Source: Entomortierella parvispora E1425
Taxonomy: Eukaryota > Fungi > Mortierellomycota
Assembly: GCA_020891255.1 (NCBI GenBank)
Contig: BQFW01000010.1
Location: 1,302,001-1,366,000, forward strand
Reading direction: 5' to 3'
Length of the DNA stretch: 64,000 nt
Shown here: positions 1 through 9,695 of the stretch, in pieces
Numbering within the stretch: the first letter of the stretch is position 1
How the letters are laid out: each line of letters begins with the position of its first letter
Position numbers and translations under genes: made by a program
Notes under the pieces: generated by a model
What the model was told of the DNA's origin: nothing
Databases searched by the model: none
What the model saw: the letters and a program-made list of their open reading frames with translations, nothing else

Positions 1-1060
1 TAACTGGTCTTCGCCATCGAGCTGACGCCGCCCTTCGATTTTTTATGATGTGCCGCAGTGAAACCACACGCAGGATGAGATTGATCGACCTCTTTGGCCA
101 GAATGTTGCAAGTGCAGTGCGGAAAGATCAGGAGCAGGAGAGAAAATTCGTCCTTGGTGTGGTTTTGATGACAAGACAAGGAAAAATGAACAATAATGGC
201 AAGATCCGATATAATGTCGTGGTACGAGACACAGATGTGGAAGCGTGTCCTGTCGGTGCTCTAGCCTTTTATCTGCTTGAGTACTGGTTGGTAAGTTTGA
301 ACTTTTTGATTATGACGTACATTTTATGAGCTGGGTGAGGCTCTACCCCTTTCTAATCTGAATTATCTAGCCTACTTCCTCATCGGCTGCCCCTCCGCCT
401 AGAGTAGAAGATCACGACTGGGTCAACTATCACTTGTTGTCAAAGTCCACCACACGAACATCAGAGATACGATATGCCACACAGTACAAGCAGACACGCG
501 AGGTCCAGGATTATCTCAACATTGGTGTCAAAGGCAAAGCAACCCATCTCAGTAGACGACTGGGTGCTTTTTTGGCGCGGCTGACTGGAGCCACGCACGA
601 AGATATATCGAAACACGGCGGCTGGGGGACAAACCGACTCATCACCCATTACCTCGACGGCGTCGATGCATCTGTGGCGTTGCAAATGGCCGGATTTGAG
701 AATGGCCGTACGGAAAACTTTTGGCTGGAGCGTAATGTCATTCCAGACCTCGAGCTACAGCGCATGGTCTTCCCATTCATTGAACGTGCATGCTCAAATC
801 CTGAGGACAAAAAGCACTACGACCCTTTCTGGATCCAGACCATCGACAACATCATGCTGGATCGGAGCATATTCTACGGACGTCAAGAGGAAAATATTAA
901 GATCAAAAAAATCAAGAAAAGGGCTGCACGGAAAGTTCTCTCTGATGAGGCAATCTCGCGTCGACGGCATCTTTGTCTGCTTGCCCACTTGCGGAAAGTC
1001 ATTCTGCAGGACGCCGCCGTCTTTTTATTGGCCGAGAACAAATCATTCAACAAAAATTGA
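1..1060 (+). mobile_element. Crypton-type tyrosine recombinase (NDC10_II-like), 5' end outside the window; intron 291-370; C-terminus truncated or frameshifted
   Basis: The frame from nt 3 reads LRHRADAALRFFMMCRSETTRRMRLIDLF...GKMN...CPVGALAFY. A GTAAGT..TAG intron (291-370) joins it in frame to ...KATHLSRRLGA...GGWG...THYL...LRKVILQDAA. This supplies the YR catalytic set R (CRSE), K (GKMN), HxxR (HLSR), W (GGW) and Y (HYL). Confidence 0.85.
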
Positions 1061-1186
1061 ACCGTGAATTTTATGGAAATGTGACAAATATCGCGCATGC
1101 TACAGACGTGTCACGGATAGGAATAAAAGGAGATGTATCATACAATTATTGTGCCTTTCGAGAAAAAGTACAAAGAAAAATATTAG

Positions 1187-4100
1187 TTATTCTGTGGCCA
1201 ATTTTTGATTTGATATGAGCAGCAATGCATTTGAGCTTAGAATACTTACATAATTTGAGCTGAGACTCAATTCCTGCATGGCACCTGCTTCGGTGCACGA
1301 GGACTGTGATGGTTCCCCAGTCGAAGTCGATCTGGTGTTGGAAGAAAGCGACCAGGTGGGTCGCTTTGGGTCAAAGGGCGGCAGCGTGGCTCGGTCCTCT
1401 GGGTCCGATGTGACGAGAACATAGCCCGCCAATGCAATGTTGACCGCGGCATTTGTGTCGCGTCCTCGTTGGGTGTATCCCACCTTGTATGATTCGCAGT
1501 CAGGGTTGGTGCATTCGATAGCACCGTGGACACGAACCAATCTCATCTCCCCATCCTTCTTTCTCCGTGCTCGCGCTAAACGGACCAACTGGAAACAAAA
1601 TGGACAAGTTTGTGACGACTTGTGCTCGGGGGTCTTCGCGACTGGGGTGTACCTCATGTGCCTCTCCGGCACCTTATTCCCCCCCATTTTCGAGTGCCCC
1701 TTCAATCGTGACCCTACACCCAAACCTGCATCACCGTGTAGCATGAGCGGGATCACAACTGGTCTCGACTTTGGGCAAGCTTCGAGGTGTTGGAGGGACA
1801 TCCGTGGCCTCTCCGGGCTTGTTCGATCTAGCGTAGGTTCAGGTCGGTGATGTATACCACACTTGAGGCAAAATCCGTTGGTCTGAAGTCGGGGCGGGGC
1901 CGTTATCAGCAAAGAAGGTATTAGCGGAGACTGCAATGATGATGGTAGCAAGGATGCATCTGCAGTAACTAGACGGGCGAAGAAAAAAAATCCAATCAAT
2001 CTACAGCTGTGTGACATTTGACTAGCCCCTTTTCATTTTCTGTCAACTTACTGTTGGCCTGTCGGCTGAACGCCTTCCTCTCCTTCGCCGCAATACGATC
2101 ATAGGCGCGCCTTAGTCGTAATTCTTTGTAGTGTCGGAGACTCTGCATCTTCTTGCTGTTTTCGAATTTTCGAAGGTCTTTCCGTACCCTTCGTCGCAGC
2201 TCCTGGGCCTCCTCAATGGCATGTGAGGTGCTTGCTCGTGTGATGGAAGTATCAGCAAGCTTGGTGTATACTTCGTATATCGTCTCCGGCCCGGCCATCC
2301 CTGGGATTGTCGTTTCGGTGACCATCTTTGATCGTACTTGGGACTGTCTAGTCAACCCTCCATGATGTCGGATATTTGACACTTTGGTCTGATGTGCCGC
2401 GGGAAACCTCATCTGCTGAAGAGTAGCAGGAACATAGTCGGGCGGCTCAGGTTCAATACCCGCCAAGACATCAAACCTGTTCTTCATAGAGATGAGGGTG
2501 CTCTCGGGAACGGGGACAGTGTTGAAGAGGACGTGTGCCCCTGGATCCGTGCCTCCCGGCATCAATACCATCTGTCTCTTGGTGGGATCCAAGTTGTTGT
2601 CCTCAATTTCTGCCACCAACCCCTTGATATTTATCGACTCTGCCTTGTCGAGGCAACCAAGTCGACGGATTGTGGGATTTGAGGAGAATGGGCCGGCAGG
2701 AACAGAGGAGGATAGATTGACAGGGGCCGAGGAGGAAGAGCCGGCGGGAACCGCAGAAGACGAGCTGGCAGGGGAGCTGGCAGGTGCTGAAGAGGCCGAT
2801 GACGACGAGGATGTTGTGGAGGAGTAGTATTTGTTATGATCATACTTCTTTTGTCGTAGGTCTTTGATTTCCGCCCGCATACGCAATATTTCACGTTGAA
2901 CATCATGAAAATCATTACGCATTTTCTGCATGTTGGTCTTGAATTGGTCGGTCACCGATACCCGAGCATCCTGAAAATTGGACTTCAGGGTCTTGAGTTG
3001 CTTCTCAAGATTAGCTGCTTTCCTGTTTCGTCCTTGAAGGGCCTTTTCCTTTACTTTGATAGTATCGGTAAGGTCGTCTGCGATCTTTTTTGCCTGCGGT
3101 TTCGTCATTCCCTCCTTTTCTAGTTCCTGCTGCCTCAGTTGGCTGTAAGAAGGCTCCCGCTGCTTTTTCGATTTCTTCGTCTTAAGCCTCTTTTCCTTGA
3201 ACAGGTCCTTTGGGGCATCTTTTCGAATCCCATGTCCCATAATTCGTACAGTGTTTTTGTCGACAAACAGAAGCCTGTCGTGCACAAAATGAAATGTTAT
3301 GGTCATGTTCTTGGTAATGTTCGAATACAATGTCATTCACTCTTGGCACATTCCCTCTTACCGATCAGCAAATACAAGCCCGTATTTTTGGCAGATGGAA
3401 TGGATAACACTCATATCGAAGAAGGCGCTGAATATGACGGGAGCGTTTTTTACTCCAAGTGCCTGTGTTGAACACAAGGTTCCTTCGGCATCGAAAACAT
3501 CAAAATGCTCCTTCTTTGATGAACAAAGCGCCTCCCGAATCCCTGTTGATCCCAATGGGAGTGGATGAAGTTTTCCTGCAGACGATATCGGATAGAGCTT
3601 CCTCGTAAAATCGCCAAACCCCATCGCATGCAGTAGATGATTCGCCAAGTAAGCAAACGGCCCTGTCGCCAGGACATGTCGAGGGATGGTGCCTGATGTG
3701 GGCTTTGGTGTAAAGGGTCTCAGTGCATTGATGATTATCACTGCTGCATCGACCTCGTTCTCCTTAAACGTGTGGCTGTCGAAGAGATGTTGTCGTACAA
3801 TGTCCTTTGTGACCAACCCCGACAACTCGCCGATATCAAGTAATTTGCAGATCACTGTTTCCAAACCGCGTAGGTGTTTCGAGGTTGGCTCCGCCTTCCG
3901 CATTAACTCTAAAACAGGAATCATGTACAAGTCAGACACCACATAGTTTAAATACACAATGTCGGGGATTGGTATGACCTTACCTTTTTCAGCGGCTGCT
4001 GCATGGCAAGGGTCAGAGGTTCTCGCTACCCCCTTTCACCTCCTCCTCTTTGGCCTCTTCCTCCAGAGCCTCTCGGAAACCGTCGTCCTCATCCATCTCC

Positions 4101-6602
4101 TCATCGTCATAGTCGCCATCGTCATCCAACATAACCTCCTGGTGATCGACATCATCGGTAGAGCCCTGAGACTGCGTGCTGGCTATGTTGATGAGACGGA
4201 GCAATCTTTGGACACGGTCGACACGCGAATACAATGGTTCATTGTCCGTCGGATCCGTGAGAATCAAAGTTGATCCAGACCACTCATTGGTGCATTTGCG
4301 AACGGTCCGATCCAACTGATCCAATAAAGAGAAAAGTTTTTTCCTTCTTCTTGACTCCACCCGATTTCTGGGCTTTCGAGCGACCTTACTGTGCATTTTT
4401 TTTTCAGCCCATTTCTTTTTGTTTTGACGGTATCGCTCTTCGCCAAGGGGTCGCAAGTGAATTCTCACGAGATATCGAACCACTGCCCTTTTTATATCGC
4501 CGTAGATATTTCCGTTCCAGATATTGGCAATGTCGGTTGCAGCCGTTCTCAGCAGAGTGTTCAGAGTCTGCGATAATCCTGCTGGACATTCGGCGTTTTC
4601 TCGAAAGTTGTCGTCGTCACTGGCTGTCCTTTGGATACACTCGACCAACGTTATCCAATCCGCATGATTGTTCTCCTTCTCCGTCTTTCGCTTTTTCTCT
4701 GCTGGCTCCGAGTCCCTGTCTGGAGGAAGAAGCTTCTTGGCGAGGAATCCCAAGAAGTTCTGGCTGAAAAGATCGCGTAGATCAGGCACCACGTCGGCGT
4801 TCTTGTCCTCGGACTTCGTGATTTTCTTCAGGAGGTCGTGAGAGACCTTGGCAACCCTGACCACGGGATCTTTCTGAAGTTTAGGATCGCGGATCTGGAA
4901 GCCGGCAGGTAGAATGCCTGTGATATCTACATCCTCCCAATCGTCACTCAAACAGCCCCGAAATACCTGTAGTGGAAACAATGCTCTAAATGTTAGCAAG
5001 AGATTGATCGTGATACTGAAAACAAAACCGTTCGTCACAGAGCTTACCTCCACATGTGCCTTCATACATGCCGCCTGCACCTCTTCCATGTGGTCCGATA
5101 GAAGCGTCTGACTCTCACCGAGTAGATCGATGATTGTTTCCTTCGCATCGGCGTCAAACTCTTTGCGTAGGATCCTCTTTATAGGCAGATCGCACACACG
5201 TATCAGAGTCTCCTTGTCTAGGTCGTCCTCTTTCATTCTCGGCTCGACCTCGTTGGCGCTCCATTTCTCCTTCTTTTCGACAGCGTCACGCCAAAACATC
5301 TCGAAGTTGTCATTTACAAACACTTTGAAGATCTCCAACTGTCGATCGTCAAGTTTGTCCACAAAGTCCTTGACTGATATGCTGCCTTGTGGTCTTTTCA
5401 GATTTTGCTCCAAATCTCTAATGGCGTCTTGAAGAACATTCTGTGGTAATCGGGTTCGAGTAGATTCCTTTTCCAGCAGGCTGGCTCGGGAGGCTTCCAT
5501 TATATCTGCATCATCGACTTTCTTTTTTCTCTTGCTGGTCTTCCGGTCATCAATTTTTTTGACGGCCACCTCAACACCGCCTTTCACCACTTTCCTCAAG
5601 TGCCATGTACTATATGCATGACAAATATGATGTTAGGGGCCTGGGAATCGTTCAATAGGTTCATTTCCCTATACCAGTAAATACTTACCACTTTCCGAGG
5701 AAGCACCTTTCTGCATCCTCAAGATCAAATCCAATCTTGTCTTTTCTGTAGGTTTGGTGTCTTGCTCCAGGACAATACTTTGCAAGTGGTGTTCCTTGCG
5801 TCGACGGTAGACCGGCTGACAGGGCGGTGACTGGTGCGACAACCGGGGACACAAATACGGATAGCGGGGAGACTGACGGAGCGGAGGTTTCTGGTGCAAG
5901 GATTGATGGCGTAGAGACCGATGGCAGTAGCGATTGGATTACCTGCGGCGCAACATTTGAGACAACAAGTGGGCAGTAGGTCCGCATATGTTCAAAGGAA
6001 TCAGCGACGTGCACTAGTGCGACGATAGGCGCGAGAAATGGCTCTATGACAAGAGTAGAGGCGCGCGTGGAGACGACAACGATCTTGACTTGCAAAAGAT
6101 GAGCGAGCCTGCGCATAAGGAGCGTTGAAGGCGTCAGGCTGATAAAGTCATCGGCAGCAGCGTCTTTGAAGCCAAAAGCAGTTTGTCGGGTGCGGTTCAT
6201 AACGTCAGCAATAAGGGCGGAGAGGGTCTTATTGCACTCATCGATGACGAGCCCAAAACGCTGTTGAAGGACCTTCAGAGTCTTTTGAACATTTTCCGCC
6301 CCTGGAAGAGCGTTGCTTTGATCACGTAAGAGAAAGTCCACTCGTTGCTGCAACAACAGTGCTCCCTCTTGAGTCTGCTCAGACAATCGGCTATTTGCCT
6401 CCTCTACAAAATCATCATCATCGATGAACAAAATTGTCGTCTGAAAAGGGGAACATGAGTAATGTGTGGGCTTGCTGACGATAAGAGCAGACAGTCCAAA
6501 GTAAGATGCATCCAGTACCTTTTTCGAAGAGGCGCCAGAAACATCCAGCAAGTGAATCTCCATGTCCATGTCCATGTCCATGGAAACTTGGCTGCTCGAC
6601 AT
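1187..6602 (-). CDS. Giant multi-exon Fanzor1 (eukaryotic TnpB-family RuvC endonuclease), ~1,670 aa; exons ~6602-5689, 5609-5048, 4966-3984, 3908-3362, 3274-2052, 1968-1187; one apparent 1-nt frameshift near 4029-4033
   Basis: RuvC-I GGTDPG (Asp 2545-2547); HGDAGLGVGSRLKGHSKMGG motif; PEHKSSQTCPFC (Glu 1625-1627 plus first Zn pair); CTNPDC; RDTNAAVNI (Asp 1457-1459). Five co-oriented ORFs are joined by GT..AG introns whose phases match at every junction, apart from the one extra base in a G5 run in exon 3. Membership of exon 1 rests on splice phase only. Confidence 0.85.
1240..1340 (-). ncRNA. Candidate Fanzor omegaRNA scaffold overlapping the 3' end of the ORF
   Basis: Minus-strand hairpin CAGUCCUCGUGCACC-GAAGCA-GGUGCCAUGCAGGAAUUG (1306-1268) and an adjacent, partly overlapping UUGAG-UCUCAG-CUCAA hairpin, at the position where TnpB/Fanzor omegaRNAs are usually encoded. 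Boundaries are unknown. Confidence 0.4.
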
Positions 6603-6648
6603 CGCTTCTTAGTCAATGTCCATAAACTTGGAGATTAGGGACGGGTAT

Positions 6649-6763
6649 GGAGAGGATGCTAGAATGCAGAGAGGATGTTAGGGGTGCAGAAAGGACGGTT
6701 AGGGTGCAGAGAGGATGTTAGGGGCGCAGAGGGGATGTTAGGATGCAGAGAGGATGTTGGGGT
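6649..6763 (+). repeat. About six tandem 19-20 bp units, consensus GCAGAGAGGATGTTAGGGGT
   Basis: Units start at 6666, 6686, 6706, 6726 and 6745, plus a degenerate unit at ~6649. Three units contain TTAGGG. Confidence 0.9.
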
Positions 6764-6869
6764 GGGCGAAGAGAGGAAAGAGACGCGCGACCGCGGTTCG
6801 TGGCGTTTTCCATCCTTCACGTACTTCGCGTTGTCACGTGGAATTAGCCGAGACTCGGCAGAGATGTCG

Positions 6870-7824
6870 AATCAGATGGTCTTTCAGAGAACATCACCAT
6901 TCAATTGAATCTTCGGAAGCTACCCTCTCTTGCTGTTCACAATCGGAAAATCGGCGATTTATCTGACCCGCCACCATGGCAGCACAAATGAATGTGAGAT
7001 TCCTACCATCAAATTTGTGCGCACATTCGAGAGTCCGACTCGTCCACCTGGTGTGCGCTGACCGGCCGATGCCAAACCAAATGTCAAACCGTCCAAACAC
7101 TCCCCGGCTAATCTCTTCCAGATCTTGGAGGAGGACAACTATGAAGAAGCTATTGAAAGAGCATGGCGCATGGTGCGGAAGCATGGAGTAAGTTGACATT
7201 GTTGTCCATATGTTCGCTTATTTGACTTACCCCGAAACTCGTGCTTCAGGAAACAGCGGTGGTTCAGGATCGACAATCCAGCGAGCAACAGCATCACGGA
7301 AAGCGGCAGCGGTTGAGAGGATTTAATAGACAGTTGAGGATGGACAGATACAACCTCCAGGATTCATTACAAAGATTTTGTTTACGCAGAGACCTGCCCA
7401 ATATGCTCGAGTGCCTGATCCAGAGGAGCCTTTAGAGATCCCATGCAAACAAATAGACCTCGTGCAACAGTCAAATCAGACTGACCGTGCAGCGCCTTCA
7501 CTCACAGCAAAGCCACAAGGGGTCAACTACAACCACTACCACCATTGCCACCATTGCCACCACCACAACCTTTAGTATAAATACCCCGGACTTCATATCA
7601 ATAAACATCATTCAATCTTCGTGCTCTTCCCTTGGCCTTTACTATTGCATCCCAACAACCGCCACTTTCGTTCAAGCACAGCACTTGGTCCACAAATAGC
7701 GCAGGAAGATAGACGGCGATGGACTCAAGAAGAAGCAGATGGAGCTCAATTCAAACGGATTCGATTAAAGAAAGCCAGAGGACTTATCTCTTGTGGATGT
7801 GGAGAGCCTACGGATGGCTCTTAA
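6870..7824 (+). pseudogene. Possible decayed multi-exon gene of unknown family
   Basis: Protein-like stretches (LFQILEEDNYEEAIERAWRMVRKHG; EDRRRWTQEEADG) and a GTAAGT..CAG intron (~7188-7249), but stops in all frames. Confidence 0.25.
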
Positions 7825-7972
7825 ACTCCTACAGCTTGGTTTGAATGGCCTTGTCCATCTACAACAGGCCGCTCTCCCTCGCCCGCGAGAGAATATGGAA
7901 GACCCTGATCACGCAGATTCTGATTGACACGTTTATTGCTGGATCAAGTGTAAATAAAGTCAATGCTCCAAT

Positions 7973-9068
7973 CTATGCACCGAAATTCTCCTTCAGCCCT
8001 TCGGCGTCATAGCCACAGTGCGAAAACAAATTGATGGCTATAGTCCCTGTTTTTGCACATGCCTTGAATGCAAGGTCTAGAACGATTTCCGGTGCATTGG
8101 CATAAACAATATTTGCATTCTTTTCAATGAAGCGTTTGGTTAGAGAGAAACCAACCTCAATTGGGTTCAATCGGGGAGAATAAGGAGGAAGAAAAACAAG
8201 AAATGCCCTCCTACTTTCAATTGCTTCCCGGAATTCGCTATACATATGAATGCGAGCATTGTCTATAACTACAAAGGAGTTTGGTAGAGGGTAAGGTTGA
8301 AGGTGGGGTAGAATCTTGTCGACAAATGTATCATGAAACGATTCCCGCGTGAATGTTCCAGTAGTGAATTCCCAGGCAAGAAAACCTCTGTAGTTAAAAG
8401 CAGTCAGTGCAGAGACACGAACCCCCCGTGAGAAAGGAACATTTACAATAGCTGGCGTATTGACTGTGGAATAGGCGTACGACCTCAAAGCCGCTCGTCC
8501 GTCCTTGCTCGTCTCATCAATAAATCAATAAACACAAGCTGCTCTGGAAAGAGGTACAGTTCCTTCATATTTTGTCGAAACCACTCGATTTCCTGTGGGT
8601 TTGACTCGCGTGCTCGTTTCTGCAACTTTTTTCTTGTGAGATTCAGATCATTTCGTAAAGCACGGCAAATTGTGGAGACTGATGTATTCTGCAGATCTGG
8701 AATTCAGGTCTAAGCTCCTCTTGTAGCTCCTCAAGGAAGATGCAAGGATGGTGTTTGGTATACGACCCGACGAAAGTGAACACATCTGGTGGCCATCGAG
8801 AAGAGCTTTTGCGCGTATGTTCAATGTGAACGTTCCCTGTGTTGTTGAAATGTCCTGTCCATGTCCCAAAAAAAAAAAAAAAAAAAAAAAAAAAGAGTAA
8901 GAAAAAAAAAACGCGCAGGCGACGCGACTCAACAACGCTGACTTACGATACCATTTCGTGATCGTGTGTTGCGAAATGCCTAGCAACACTGCCACAGCAG
9001 ACCTGAGCAGGCCCATTTATATTGTAGAGCTTAATGGCGCACCAGCGAATATCGTCTGAAAAGGTCAT
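7973..9068 (-). mobile_element. Tc1/mariner-IS630 DD34E transposase pseudogene (one intron ~8857-8946, three frameshifts)
   Basis: Reconstructed as MTFSDDIRWCAIKL../LLGISQHTITKWYR|HF..HPCIFLEELQEEL../VSTICRALRNDLNLTRKKL..FID/ETSKD..VVIDNARIH..LPPYSPRLNPIE, with 34 residues between the second D and the E. Confidence 0.9.
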
Positions 9069-9297
9069 TGGGATGTGGGGTGATGTTTGAGAAGCAACAC
9101 GCACGTTGCAGTTTAAATACTGCAGTCCGAATAGCTGTTTCTCATCTTTTTACCCTTTCTGAATGCGTAAAAAGTTCGCAATTATACTACAAATAAACGA
9201 ATGCCAGGTAAAATACGAACATACCCATGCTTTCTCGAACTATACGCAGAAACTCCTTGTCAGTACGGTTCCAAAACGCACCCTACGCTTCCTGATA

Positions 9298-9695
9298 CAG
9301 TGCACGTCAGCTAGTCACAACAAAAATTCTTTGACCTGAGGATAAATCCCTACTAGTCCGCCAGTTTTATCCTGAATCCAAAAAACTCTGTGGTTTTGAA
9401 CGTTTCACAGCTCATCCTTTCAGAAAGCACAGAGTTTTCCCCTTTGGGATGCCTGTGGCCAAAGTTATTAATGTTGGCCGATCGAGAATTTGGCTAATCA
9501 AGGTATAGAATGCCGAATATATTTATTCCAGTGTATTTTAAAATTTATTAGCGATATCTCTTATGCATCCCCAGTGCGATCTCTAGCTGAGATGAGGAAA
9601 CGCAGTCACATTTATTACAGAGAACTTACAATTTTTTTTGAGATCAAAATTTCGGCGTGCCCTCAAAAATTGTTGTGACTAGGTGGCGTGCACTG
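9298..9695. mobile_element. 398-bp MITE of Tc1/mariner type with 26-bp TIRs and TA target-site duplication
   Basis: Left TA(9296-9297)+CAGTGCACGTCAGCTAGTCACAACAA; right TTGTTGTGACTAGGTGGCGTGCACTG+TA(9696-9697). 24 of 26 positions match; no internal ORF of note. Confidence 0.9.

Noticed and set aside
1111-1130. TA-CAGACGTG as the Tc1-like right end of the Fanzor element
   Set aside because: No reverse-complement partner was found by eye in 6600-10000.
1291-1299. CGGTGCACG as a partner TIR for the MITE/Tc1 end (CAGTGCACG)
   Set aside because: Only 8 of 9 bases match, similarity does not extend further, and there is no flanking TA.
6649-6763. CRISPR array or interstitial telomere
   Set aside because: The units are contiguous with no unique spacers, and TTAGGG occurs once per 20-bp unit rather than as a tandem hexamer run.
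8868-8913. Poly-A tract as a retrotransposon tail
   Set aside because: It is the poly-T tract of the transposase intron on the minus strand; similar long runs occur in many introns in this window.
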